Positions 26,751-39,911 are shown, counted from the first letter of the stretch. The stretch: 64,000 nt of DNA from Macrostomum lignano (GCA_002269645.1 NIVC01001016.1:310001-374000); one strand, 5' to 3'. The notes: generated from the letters alone by a model not told the origin. Numbers and translations are program-made.

Positions 26751-29700
26751 AATTGCACACCCTGTGTGAGCGTGTGTGTGAGTGCGTGCCTGAGTACAGT
26801 ACTGCCGCGCTTGCATGTGCTCAAGTTTGAAGAAGTTCAACGTCTATCCAATCCAGACCCGATTGATTCTAAATGAGTTTTGCTGGTCAAAATGAATAAA
26901 CAAAAATGGAATTAGAAACGCATTTTTGGTAGAGATTTTTTTAATTCCAGAAAAACGAAAAAACGGCAATATGTAGCAACCGTGTCTGTAGGTGTTTATT
27001 AATATTATTATTATTAAAATTATTTTGTATAAAAATAATGTTCGTGACGTTAAAGTGAACAGCCTGCTCTATAAATGAGTTCTATATTTAATCTACGCTA
27101 AAATTCTACCCTGACAAAATAGTTGAACAACCAACCAGCACATTTTGGGCTATTTAAAGCTGTCTAATATCTTTCGCTATAAAATTACAGAATACGGGGA
27201 CCCGGGAGGGCAGAAAACTATCATTACCGCAAAAAGCACGCAAATACAATACATGAATAGTTAAACCTTTTTATCAGATGGCAAGCAATTTGAAATTTGC
27301 AGCGAATTATAACAAAATAACTTCAATTTAGGGGGGGGGGGCGGCAGAAGACAGTTGAGACTTTGATTGATCAAACTTCAAAATGATTAAAAATGTAAAC
27401 TGTCGGTACAGAATAGTGTGGCAAATAATAAATAAATAATAACTGCTTGGAGACTTGCTAATATTAATTAATTTAAACTCAATGTTTTTTTGGCGGTAAA
27501 AAGTATTAAAATTGTATTGAAACAGAGAGAAAAAAGGTTTTTAAAAAATTTAAGGAAAAAACTGTTGCTTATAACGAAGAAATAGACCGGACAACAGCAG
27601 CCCCTGCTCACGCTGTGTAGAACTAATTACCTAGGTAAGATAAATTGCATAACGAAAAAACACCAACACAAATGGTTCCTATTAATACACAAATAATAGA
27701 TATAAAACTAAAGCTATTCGGTTGTTTGTCCTTTGCTTAATAATAATCTCAAAAACTTAATAATAATAATAATAGACCAAAAAGTTGTTTTGCTTTTCTT
27801 AATTAAGAAAAAAATGGAACAAAAAAGTGCGGCCGCTGATTGCAAATGATAAATAATTGACAAAGTTCAGCAAGTATAATAGTTTTAAAAGCTTGGTGTA
27901 AGTAAATCATCACAGCAAAGTGTCAATCAACTTTACTAATTATATAAACTGCACTTGCGAACCCGGGGTTACTGCTGAGTCTAAGAGCTGATCAACTTTG
28001 AGCAACGGGAGAACCAGGCTGATAAACAAAAATAGGCTGGGATAAAAACAGAACACTTTTCAAAAATAAACCGAGTGAAAAAAATGAAAAAAAGAAAAAA
28101 AATACACGATGTTCGTCTATTTAGGAAGTAGCATACATAGTATAGTAGAATAATGTTTTAATTTCGAAATAAATAATAAACGCAGACTTAAAAAAATTTA
28201 ATTACACAAGTAATTTCCAAATTGTGACTTGACTTTTGAGTGGAATTAATGGAATATTAAAACAGACACAATGTCATTCTTTAGCCCTGGAAGCCAGTTC
28301 AAATCTTCTTATCCAACAGTCGCCCAGAAACTTTTGCGAGACCCCAAGTTTCATTTTGAATTAGAGGATTCATCCAGCACTACTTATCCAACCCCAGAAT
28401 GTAAGTAGCAAAAAAGCATGTATCAAAGATTAAAAAATAATTATTAAAAAAGCGTATATAGGTATTAATATCACTCCGATGAGATGGGATGGCTCAGGCA
28501 AGACATCTGCATTGCAGACACTAAACAGCATAAATATGAATTATTAATAGGAGTAATAATTGAATAATGAGGGCATTAGTTACTTGCTATTGCACCAGCC
28601 AGTATATTTAAATCTGGATAAAGTTGAAATAAAATATTACTTAATAAAAAATAGTCCATTGTGTTCAGATTAAGGTAACGGGGGGTGGGGTACATTAAAA
28701 ATTTGAAAATACAATTATCGAATAAAGGAGATTACAGGATGTCAGTCACTACAGAGCAACAACCTAATGCTGGTGTAAAACGGTTACCAAAAGGTGGCGA
28801 GGTTGAAAGATTATTACAAAAAAAGATTTACTCTCTTATAAATAATAGTAGTAGTAGCGATATTGGTAAATGAAAAACAGACTATAAGAAAGGTAAACAG
28901 GTGCTTAAAAAATGTAGGGCACTGGGATTAGCTAATTAAAACACAATAATAGTAGTAATAGTAGTATTATTATTCATAAATTTATTAATAATTCGATTGC
29001 ACAAGGTTGGCTAAACTGTTATTTATTTTTAAAAAATAAGCTTTTTACCTACTATGCTGAGAGAAAAAGGTGAACAAAGTCAAGGCCAAGATGTTAGTAT
29101 ACTGTATGAAATAACAATAATAATAATATTACTAATCATAATTAACTTACTCATAAGAGTTGTTATCTAATGTAGGTAGGATGATGTCATTTTGTAATAT
29201 TTTTCTCTAATAAAATAATAATTAGATAGCAAGCAAAGGAGTCAAACAGGAAGATATAGCCTAAAACAATAAATAAAAATAGCCATATAATATATTATGA
29301 TTAAAATAAAACCAACTGGGTATAATACACAGTTTCTAAAATAACTAGATGGGCCACTCAGGCATAATATACTTAGTAAAATTCCTTTCTACTTTCAGTT
29401 CAGTAGCAAAGAAGAATACATAAGCTATTTTATAAAATAAAGGCAGCTGAAATGACTTTGATAAGTTTAAAAGCCAAGCTTTCAGGCGTAAACAGCTTGC
29501 TTGCTAATTGGTTCAGCAATAATGTACATTGGCCAGTCCACTGAAATGCACATATATAACAGCTTTTATTGGGCTGGGATTCCGAGAAAGGCAATAAAAA
29601 TTGGGGCGGGGCGGGAGGTGGTTTTAGGTTCGGGGGGGGGGAAGAGCCAATAAAGGAGGATTGGCTTGAAAAATACATTAAAATGCTTCTGTTTAGCTTA

Positions 29701-29935
29701 CTACTGAACTGAAAGTAGTTTACACGCAAATTTGCTGAGTGGCTCATTTAGTTATTCTAGCATCTGTGATATAATATATAGAAACAAAAAAGCGACCGAT
29801 TGTGTTGCCAAACTGGGAAGAGATACGAGCGAGAATGAGACGGGAGAACTACAAAAAAACAAGCGCACACACACAGGGAATGAACAGTCTGTTGTTGTTG
29901 CTAAACAAGCCAAACTAAACTAAATGACCAACAGT

Positions 29936-32900
29936 CTAATTAATGTAGAGCGTATCCAGCACCAGCACGTGATGATTGTTCTTAGCTAGGGTGACAACGT
30001 AGCCTTCGCTAGTGATTTTCAGTCCGCAGCATCGGGACACTTTCACGGCCGGACACTCGAACTCGGAAGTCAGCTGGCCGAGCCGATTAAACACGGCCAC
30101 GTGGAACTTGTTACCATGCGAGTCGCCAACTAAAACATCGCCATGGTCGCTAATGTCGATGCCGTTAGGAAAATTAGTGACAGATTCGGAGCCGATGCGG
30201 CGAAGGAACACGCCGTCTTCCTGTGGATTGGGAGGGGGGCGGCGGCTAGTCTCACTATACTAAATCTCAGATATTGTGCTATTGTCATAAAATCTAGAAG
30301 TTAAGCAAATTTGGTCGCGGTTAGGTACGTAGATGAACACACTGTTTGAGATAAGCTAAGTGCACTACAGGTAACGGTAATACCACGTTGAAAACACCGG
30401 TTCTCGTCTGATCACCGAAGTTAAGCAATGATGGGTTTGGTTAGTTCTTGGATGGGTGACCGCCTGTGAGTACCAATCGTTTGTTGTCTGTTTTTGTAAA
30501 AAGGGCCTTGAAAAAATCTAGAAACTGTAAAATGAGTAAATTGAGTGTGTGGCGACCCCCCCCCCCTAGTCCACATCTGTCAACTGTGACAATGACTTTA
30601 TTAAAGTGCATAGAAGTCCTACCTGAAACACTGACACGCAGTGGCCCTTGAAATCGCAGATGAAATACTCCCGACCCTGGATAGCGATGTCAGACGGCTC
30701 GCGCATATAGCTAGAGCAGTCGAACCACTTCACTAGATCGCCATTCTCGGCGATGGCGAATACGGTTGGAGACACGGAGTCCACGGCCACAATATGATTC
30801 TGGCTATTGATGGCCAGCCCGGCAACTATGTCTATGTAGCGCACGGTGATTTTGCGCAGGAAGTGGCCCGATTTAGTGAAGATTTGCATGCGACTGCGTT
30901 CGCTGCCTCGGTCGCAGATTATGTACTTGCCGGTTTGGCGCATGACAACTACCTGGCAACGGGAGCGAGTGTACAGTCGAATGGATGTATTTATTCAGAT
31001 TTTTGGGTTCTTTATGCGAATTTCTGTAACTGTAACTCTCACATTCTTAGAAAACTACCGGCATCCCAGGTCCCAAATTAAAGCTACCAGCCTCCCAGGT
31101 CCCCAAATTAAAGCTACCGGCCTCCCAGGTCCCCAAATTAAAGCTACCGGCCTCCCAGGTCTCCAAATTAAAGCTACCAGCCTCCCAGATCCCTAAATTA
31201 AAGCTACCGGCCTCCCAGATCCTCAGATTAAGCTACCAGCCTCCCAGATCCTCAGATTAAGCTAGCAGCCTTCCAGATCCTCAGATTAAGCTACCAGCCT
31301 CCCAGATCCTCAGATTAAGCTACCTGCCTCCCAGATCCCTAAATTAAAGCTACCAGCCTCCCAGATCCCCAGATTAAGCTGCCAGCCTCCCAGATTAAGC
31401 TACCAGCCTCCCAGATTAAGCTACCAGCCTCCCAGATTAAGCTACCAGCCTCCCAGATTAAGCTGCCAGCCTCCCAGATTAAGCTACCAGCCTCCCAGAT
31501 TAAGCTACCAGCCTCCCAGATTAAGCTACCAGCCTCCCAGATTAAGCTACCAGCCTCCCAGATTAAGCTGCCAGCCTCCCAGATTAAGCTGCCAGCCTCC
31601 CAGATTAAGCTACCAGCCTCCCAGATTAAGCTACCAGCCTCCCAGATTAAGCTACCAGCCTCCCAGATTAAGCTACCAGCCTCCCAGATTAAGCTACCAG
31701 CCTCCCAGATTAAGCTACCAGCCTCCCAGATTAAGCTACCAGCCTCCCAGATTAAGCTACCAGCCTCCCAGATTAAGCTACCAGCCTCCCATATCCTCAG
31801 ATTAAGCTACCAGCCTCCCAGATTAAGCTACCAGCCTCCCAGATTAAGCTACCAGCCTCCTAGATCCCTAAAAATAAAGCTACCAGCCTCCCAGATCAAA
31901 TCCCTCACCTTTCTCGGATACCACAGCTGCCCCTCGTCGCGGCCGGCCACGCCGAACTGGAACTTGTGCTCGCCGGTCTTGTCGAACACCTGAATCCGGT
32001 GGTTCTGAGTGTCAGCCACAACAATATCCTCGTCAGAGCCGAGGCAGAAACCATGCGGCGAATTAAACTGACCGCGCGACGAGCCTAGCGAGCCCCAGCG
32101 AAACCGGACAGTCATGTTCCCGCAGCGGCCGTTCCGATTCGGGAATGGCATTCCACCGCCGCCACCTCCGCCGCCGCCACTGCCGCCGCTGCCAATGGAT
32201 CGGCCGCCGCCACCGCCGCCGCCCATGAAGTCCATGGAGTTCGGCGTCATCGCTCTGGGCGTTGTACCGATTATTGGCGACACGGGACCGACAGCGCCGC
32301 CACCGCCACCTCCGACACCGCTTCCGACGCCGACACCGCCGACATCCAGACTGAGTTTAGCGGCCAGCATGCTGCTGATCAGACTGTTGGCACCGCCGAC
32401 TCCATCGACAACGCCGGCAATTGACGAAGCTACCGAGGCCGATGAAACAACCGCCGCGGTGGTATCGGCAGCGGCGACAGCTGCAGCCGCCGATTGCGGC
32501 AATCCGTAGAGCACCTGCGGCGGTACAACCGTAGCCGGTGCGTTGCTAGCCAGCATGTGAGGCTTCATCAGTTCGGCGTTCTGATGCTGAGCGTGATGCT
32601 GCAGCATCAGTTGAGGATCGAACTGATCCACAGAGCCGGCTGCGGCGGCGGAACCGAGCGAACCAGATTCCGAACTGTTGCCGAATGTGCCGAAATTGGC
32701 TTCGAGCAGGGCTCGAACCCGGGGATGATTAGCCTGAAACGGGATGCTAGTGAGCAGGCCGGTGTCCCAGTGATTCCTAGTCAGGGTGGCCATCCAGTCC
32801 ACTAGGAGTTTCCTAGCGTAGGCCAGGGTGCCGGCACCGGCGCGCTCGCGGTATTGGCGGACGAATTGCTCGGCTTCGGACATTTGGTCCACCCCGCGGC

Positions 32901-35900
32901 TGGTGGCTTCTAGCAGCTCCATCACCTGGCGGCGGCGCGTGTTTAGAGTGCGAATTAATCGATTGTTCCAGTAATTCCAGTGTTCTAATAAACTTGGCTT
33001 GGGAATATTTAGGGACTTAGAGACTTGGGGAGAATTCCCCATGACTTAGGGGAATTTCCTCATGACTTAAAGATTCTGAATGATTTAAGGAAATTTCCTG
33101 ATGGCTTCAAGGGAGATTTCTCAATGGCTAACGGAGATTTCATAATGGCTTAGGGAGATTTCCCAATGACTTAGAAAGATTTCCCAATGACTTGGAGAGA
33201 TTTCCTATTGACTTAGGGAGACTTCCCATTGACTCAGAAAGACTTCCAATGACTCAAGAAAGATTTCAAATGACTTAGGGAGATTTCCCATTGACTTAGG
33301 GAGATTTCACATTGACTTAGGGAGATTTCCCATTGACTCAGAAAGACTTCCAATGACTCAAGAAAGATTTCAAATGACTTAGGGAGATTTCCCATTGACT
33401 TAGGGAGATTTCACATTGACTTAGGGAGATTTCCCATTGACTTAGGGAGATTTCACATTGACTTAGGGAGATTTCACATTGACTTAGGGAGATTTCACAA
33501 TGACTTAGGGAGATTTCACAATGACTTTGGGAGATTTCACAATGACTTAGGGAGATTTCACATTGACTTAGGGAGATTTCACAATGACTTAGGGAGATTT
33601 CACAATGACTTAGAGAGATTTCACAATTTCATGAGTCAGAAAGATTTCCCCATAACTTTAGGAGATTGCCTCATGACTAAGGAAGACTCCCCATTGACTC
33701 AGAGATTTTCTAGACGACTAAAGGAGGATTAAATCGGCTATTTTTCCTGACGATTTAGCGTTTTTTAATGGCAATATTTTTTGCCGAATCCAAAATAAGA
33801 AAAGCCTTACCTTCATTTCTAAATCATCATGCAGACGGCGATTCTCTTTAGCGGCAGTCTCGCCAATCTCTTCAACAAAGGCCCGATAAGAGGCGACGGC
33901 TTCGGCAATTGCGCCGGCGTTCTGCTCGCGGCTGTCCCGAATCTCTTCCAGCTTCTCTTGGAGAGAGGCCAGCTCGGTTTCCCAACGGTCGCGAGAATTG
34001 CTTAGTTGAGTGAGGCCGACTGACAGGTCCGCGTCCACCTTGATGGGAGAGTGAGATGGATAGAGTGCGAGTGTACATTGGGGCAGGGTTTAGGATAGCA
34101 GGAGTGTACATTGGGGCAGGGTTTAGGATAGCGGGAGTGTACATTGGGGCAGGGTTTAGGATAGCGGGAGTGTACATTGGGGCAGGGTTTAGGATAGCGG
34201 GAGTGTACATTGGGGCAGGGTTTAGGATAGCGGGAGTGTACATTGGGGCAGGGTTTAGGATAGCGGGAGTGTACATTAGGGCAGGGTTTAGGATAGCGTG
34301 AGTGTACATTGGGGCAGGGTTTAGGATAGCGTGAGTGTACATTGGGGCAGGGTTTAGGACAGCGTGAGTGTACACTGGGGCAGTCTCTGAGTTAGTGAGT
34401 TTACCGGTACAATGGGGCAGACAGTCTGGGTTAGCGTGAGTATACATTGGGACAGGCTGTGGGTTAACCTGAGTGTACATTGGGGCAGGCTGTGGGTTAG
34501 CGTGAGTGTACATTGGGGCAGGCCGTGGGTTAGCGTGAGTGTACATTGGGGCGGGCCGTGGGTTAGCGTGAGTGTACATTGGGGCAAGCTGTGGGTTAGC
34601 GTGAGTGTACATTGGGGCAGGCTGTGGGTTAGAGCGAGTGTACCTTCGGGCAGGGTTTATGTTTTCGTGAGTATATTCAGGCAGTGTTCTGGTTTACATG
34701 AGTGTACATTGGGAAGGACTATGGGTTGGCGCGAGTGTACATTGTGTTTCATCTCACTTGAGGAAATGCATCAGCAACTTTGTCAACAACGTGCTGCTTG
34801 TGATCCATGGCGACGCACTCGGGACAGTGCAGGGTGCCGCAGTCTTGACAATAGTACTTCAGCTGCTCCTGGAAAAAATGAAAGGAATAAAATAGAAATA
34901 ATAAGCACACTCATAATAAAGCCTACTTTAAGTAGTAAAATTGCAATACTTTACCTGCGGATGATCGAAGCAAAAGATTGGCTTTTGTAACTGCAACGGC
35001 GTGTCAGTTTCTAAATCTTCCGGCGTAATCTCTTCAACGTGATGCTTGCTAAACATTTTCATCACCGAGTGGGCGGCGCGGCAGGAGCCGCACAAGAAAT
35101 CGGCGCACTCGGTGCACTTGGCAACGGCTTCGGCTCCGGTGGTGCAGCCGCCGCATTTCACTCGCTTCTGACTGCTGGAGGCGGCAGCAGCAGCCGCGGC
35201 TGCTGTAGACGGGTCTGCTGACTCCACCGATCTGAGCAGGCATTTAATATTCAATAGTTTTATGAATTTAAGCAATTGTCGGGACAGTTTGAGAGCGATG
35301 TTTATAAACAACAGTTTGTGGCAGATTTTTGGGCGATTTTTAAAGGCAGTTTATGGGCATTTTTAGAGCAGTTTATGGCCAAAATTTAAAGCAGTTTACG
35401 GCTGATATTCAAAACAGTTTATGGCCGATGTTTAGGGCAGTTTGTGACTGATTTTTTGGGCGATTTTCAAGGCAGTTTATGGTTGATATTTAAGGCAATT
35501 TATGGCCGATATTTAGAGCAGTTTATGGCCAATATTTAAGGCAGCTCATGGCAGATATTTAAGGCAGCTCATGGCAGATATTTAAGGCAGTTTATGGCCA
35601 ATTTTTAAGGCAGTTTATGGCAATTATTTAAGGCAGTTTATGGCCGATATTTAGGGCAGTTTATGGCCAATTTTTAGGGCAGTTTATGGCAGATATTTAA
35701 GGCAGTTTATGGCCGATATTTAAGGCAGTTTATGGCCGATATTTAGGGCAGTTTATGGCCAATTTTTAAGGCAGTTTATGGCAGATATTTAAGGCAGTTT
35801 ATGGCCGATATTTAGGGCAGTTTATGGCCAATATTTAAGGCAGTTTATGGCAGATATTTAAGGAAGTTTATGACTAATTTTTAAGGCAATTTCTGGCTGA

Positions 35901-37057
35901 TTTTTGGGCGATTTTTTGGGTAGATAATTCAATTTTAAGTGGTACTTTATGGAAAATATCTAGATTGGTTTTCTTTGGACAATTTTAAAGAAATTTCATT
36001 GGCAACAACGCGTACATATAATGGGAATTTCCAAACTAAATTAATCATGGAAAATTCAATCGAAAGTTATGGAAGAATTCATCATAGCTGTCGGGTTAAA
36101 ATATTCATGAGGAGGCCATGTTTTCAGATATGATTAGGTAAGTTCATTTTGCTTTGTTTTACAAGAAGTGAAATTAGTCTGCCCTGATCTAATTGAACAT
36201 TATAGAATTTTTACCATTCTTAACCTAGCTTTTCTATGTCACAGAGTGTCTCATGAGACATCAGGCTCCGTAGTTTCTTCAATTTATAATTCAATAGAAG
36301 CATCAATATTTCTATAACTATTGGGATTTCAAGAATTCTATCAATTGTCAAATTTGAATAATCTGTAAAAATTGAGTCTTCAGTTTGAGTCAGAGAAGCT
36401 CAACAGTGTAAAATATGCGGGTAGCGGGTCATTATACCTGGCCGCTTCAAGCTCGTGTAGATACAGATAATCCTTAGTTAATCCGGCCAGGCCAGAACGA
36501 GGATTAAGCACTGTAGGCGTACTACAAGTTGGACAGATTAACAGAAAGTCATCGCCGCCTGAGCCGGCCGATGAGCTGCGCAGACAGGCCAAATCGAACC
36601 TGTGCAGACAGGCCAGCAGCACTGGTTCAGTGAGCTGCTGACGGCAGATGCTGCACTGGTCAGCTGACAATGGCCGCCTACCAGCGCTACGGTTAGAGCT
36701 GGAAGCGGCGCCAGAGTCAGCCGCCAGCATGTCGTTCTCGTCGCCATCAGGGCCTCCGAATGTTTCTAATAGATCTCTGGCCACATCGGAATCGTAATCC
36801 TCATCTCCTCCTTGATCATTAGAAGCAGCTGTGTGCCTGTCATTGTTGGCTTTATAGTTATTACAGCCACCTTGGCTGCCACCGTTTTCACTGACTAATT
36901 CCGATCTGTTGTCCTTGTTCCCGATGCTACTATCATCATCATCAACTATTGCACTGATAGTTGTGTCAATATCAGTGGCATCGCACTTCTTCATGCTCTC
37001 ACTGTTATTATTGGCAACTAATTCTGTTGAATCGTCGTTGCTATCCATGTGCAGCAT
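29936..37057 (-). CDS. mei-P26: TRIM-NHL protein, mei-P26/NHL-2 type (RING, two B-boxes, coiled coil, NHL repeats), 7 exons
   Basis: Exons 37057-36438 ([28 protein letters not shown]...CPTC), 35231-34955 (B-box 1), 34868-34758 (B-box 2), 34038-33811, 32925-31909, 30952-30623 and 30220-29936. The NHL segments [67 protein letters not shown] and [33 protein letters not shown] are characteristic of mei-P26. The start ATG is assumed; an upstream exon is not excluded. Confidence 0.9.
30370..30489 (+). pseudogene. 5S rRNA-derived sequence (variant or pseudogene, probably the head of a SINE3-like element) in the last mei-P26 intron
   Basis: taccacgttgaaaacaccggttctcgtctgatcaccgaagttaagcaa...ggttagttcttggatgggtgaccgcctg matches invertebrate 5S rRNA, including box A and box C. 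The terminal stem is degenerate and is followed by a T5 run. Confidence 0.85.
31070..31900. repeat. 21-bp minisatellite (cagattaagctaccagcctcc) in a mei-P26 intron
   Basis: About 35 units with longer variant units at the edges. Confidence 0.95.
33000..33705. repeat. 21-bp minisatellite (gacttagggagatttcacatt) in a mei-P26 intron
   Basis: Directly visible; degenerate at the edges. Confidence 0.92.
34060..34745. repeat. 33-bp minisatellite (gagtgtacattggggcagggtttaggatagcgg) in a mei-P26 intron
   Basis: Two sub-arrays with variant units. Confidence 0.92.
35300..35920. repeat. 23-bp minisatellite (ggcagtttatggccgatatttaa) in a mei-P26 intron
   Basis: Directly visible. Confidence 0.92.
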
Positions 37058-38150
37058 TTTTTTGGCATGAAAATTTATAAAAGGATAACTTTGCACATAT
37101 TGTTAATGTGAAATTTGTATCCAATGTGAACAATAAAAAAACAGTAACATTTGATGAAATGCATAATTAAAAGCAAATAATTACTCTCCTATCAATAATA
37201 ACAATATAAATAACTATGTTATCCAGTATATAGTATGTTTATTTTTCATTCTGATGTATGGATTTCAATAAGATTTTAAAGGTTATCATTAATATTTTAA
37301 TTATATTTTAAAAAATCTTAGCTAAGCGTAGCTAATTTTTGTGTAAGAAGCACTTTACATTAGAAAATTGGCTAAGTAGTAAAAAATTACAAAAGTCCAT
37401 ATTTTAGATTTATGACTTGTAATATATTTTACCCACAATTTATCATACTATAATCATATTTGGCCAACTTTTTTTTAATCTCTTACCTCATATGGCAGGT
37501 ATAATTTTGAATATTAGAATAATATTAAAAACAAAAATAATTTATACCATTGGCTCTAAATTTTATAATAACAACTTATGCTTGAACTTGTATCTTTTTA
37601 AGCTTTGTCTATAAAAGATGGCAAAATGTAATATTATACTTGTCAAATATTACTTATATTTGATACCTTTTATTTTATATATTTTATATTTTATTTTATA
37701 ATAATGAATTATTATTCATTATTTTTCCTTAAAAGTGGTAAAGTTACTATATTCCTTTCAGTCAAAAAATTATTGTATAATCTTACTTAGAAGATTTTCT
37801 AATATGTGTTTTTCAATAAGAGCTGAAGCTTTCCCTATTTTTCTGTATAAAGAATAATAACATAGATTGAAAAACTCTATTTTAGACTAGTTATACTAAT
37901 ATAGCACATGGTTAACAGTTATGTGCATGACACAAATTTATTTCTTCAATGATAAGAATAGGATTTTATTCATTTGTTGTATTTCATTTAGGTTTGGTTT
38001 TTATAACAATTATAACAATTATTAATTTTATTATTAACATAGAAGACTACTCAAAGTTTGAATTAAAACTGAGGCTAAGACAAAATTTGACTAGAAATTG
38101 ATAAACAATTTGTCTTTAACTTTGTTTTTAGGCTATGAAAAAATCTTCAA

Positions 38151-39415
38151 TATCTGATTGTCGGGAAAGTTCTTTTACATGTACATTCCAGAACATTCTA
38201 TTTGTGCTTGTTCTTGGAACATTCTCAATGTAATGTGCATATAAATAGTGAATAGTGTGCATACAAAAACTACAATAGATAAACATTCTTTGCTCGACTA
38301 TCTGAAATGGCAAAAGATACTCTGCTCTCGAAAGACCTGCAGCGCGTGCTGCTTCTCTACAACTTTTGCTCTGGCAAGAGTGCGAGTCAGTCGGCCACCG
38401 ACATCAATGCTGCATTTGGTGCGGGAACCCTCACTCGTCAGACTGCCAACAATTGGTTCAGGCAATTCAAAGATGGGGATGAGGGCCTCAAAGACAAGCC
38501 ACGCAGTGGCCGGCCGGCAGAGCTCGACGACGGTGCACTTGAGCAGCTGCTTGAGTGGGACACCCGGCAGACTACACGTGAGCTGGCGGCACAGCTGGGT
38601 GTGCATCACTCAACTGTTGCCGACCACCTTCACCATCTGAACAAGAAGCCAAAGCTGGGATGTTGGGTGCCCCACCAGCTGACCGCCACTGACATGGACC
38701 GGCGCATTGAGGCCGCCCTCACCATGCTCTCCCAATCTCGCCGTCCAGATTGGCTGGACGATGTGGTGACAGGTGACGAAAAATGGTGCCTCTACGTCAA
38801 CATCCGACGCAAGCGACAGTGGGTTGATTCTGATGCAAAGCCAGAGCGAGAGGCCAAGGCTGAGCTGCACCCCAAGAAGGTCATGCTTTCAGTCTTCTGG
38901 GACACAAAAGGAATAATAATGTGGGAGCTGCTGCCGAAGAACAAGAGCATCAATGCTGCCTTCTACCAGGAGCAGCTTGAGCGCCTGCAGCAAAAGCTGG
39001 CTGAGGTGCGCCCTGAACGTTGCTGGGTCATCTTGTTGCACGATAACGCACCTACGCACAAGGCACAGTCGACCCGTCAGAAGCTGCTCGAGCTGGGCTG
39101 GGAGATTCTTCCCCATCCACCGTACAGCCCAGATCTTGCACCCACTGATTATCACCTGTTTGCCGCCCTCGACTGTTCTATGGCCGGCAAGGAGTTCAAT
39201 GATGAGGACAACCTGAAGACCCACCTGACAAACTTCTTCGAGGGCCAGCGCCCAGAGTTCTACAGCCAGGGCATCCGCTCCTTGCACACACGCTGGCAGA
39301 GGGTTATTGACCATGATGGTGACTACATTTAAGATTGATAAACCCATTGTCCAGAAAAGTGTTACATTTAATAAACTTCTGACAAATGTAAAAAATTTTT
39401 CCACACAATCAGATA
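38151..39415 (+). mobile_element. Full-length mariner transposon
   Basis: Imperfect ~28-bp TIRs (tatctgattgtcgggaaagttcttttacat versus the revcomp tatctgattgtgtggaaaaattttttacat) with TA ends enclose an intact transposase. Confidence 0.88.
38307..39332 (+). CDS. Mariner transposase (D,D34D), intact, 341 aa
   Basis: HTH region, WVPHQL, VTGDEKW, HDNA and HPPYSPDLAPTDYHLF are all present; exactly 34 residues separate the second and third catalytic Asp. Confidence 0.96.
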   Translation: MAKDTLLSKDLQRVLLLYNFCSGKSASQSATDINAAFGAGTLTRQTANNWFRQFKDGDEGLKDKPRSGRPAELDDGALEQLLEWDTRQTTRELAAQLGVHHSTVADHLHHLNKKPKLGCWVPHQLTATDMDRRIEAALTMLSQSRRPDWLDDVVTGDEKWCLYVNIRRKRQWVDSDAKPEREAKAELHPKKVMLSVFWDTKGIIMWELLPKNKSINAAFYQEQLERLQQKLAEVRPERCWVILLHDNAPTHKAQSTRQKLLELGWEILPHPPYSPDLAPTDYHLFAALDCSMAGKEFNDEDNLKTHLTNFFEGQRPEFYSQGIRSLHTRWQRVIDHDGDYI

Positions 39416-39864
39416 AATAGCAAAAGAAAAGATGTCACAGTATAAAAAATAAGGGGAATTTACTCTGATGCCCATAATACTATCTAGAATAATTTCTAGC
39501 CACCTTTTGACTATGACAATATGCAATTTATCTGCATGGTCTCATTTAAAATCATTTTATAGCTGTAATAAAAACCTTTTATTTGTCTAAATAGCCTAAG
39601 TCTACTAATAGGTTGAATACCATATTTGATTTTATTTAATAGTACATATAGGCACTAGGGTTAAATCATAGTAATTTCAGTGACAATTGTTTTGGTGACA
39701 AGAAAAAGATCCTTTTGGTGATAGGCCTAGATATTATTGTAATGGTTGATAATTCTAAATTTGAAGTGATTGCATTTCTTTAAACTTTAGTAGAATAAAA
39801 TGCTTTTTTTATGCTGTTATAGTTATGTATGTCAATTTATTCTAGGGTTTTATAAAAATATATA

Positions 39865-39910
<46 letters not shown>
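39865..39910. repeat. (TA)n microsatellite
   Basis: Directly visible. Confidence 0.95.

Positions 39911-39911
<1 letters not shown>

Noticed and set aside
25563-26840. Pro/Gly-rich and YRNSYF-repeat ORFs
   Set aside because: These are artefacts of the GC-rich TIR repeats and the 39-bp array.
28588-29002. Two miR-92-family seed matches (GTGCAAT on the minus strand) in the presumed mei-P26 3' UTR
   Set aside because: Two 7-mers in about 3 kb is weak evidence, and the UTR extent is unknown.
30370-30489. A functional 5S rRNA gene
   Set aside because: The terminal helix I cannot pair well, several conserved positions are substituted, the copy is solitary and intronic, and it is followed by SINE-like body sequence.
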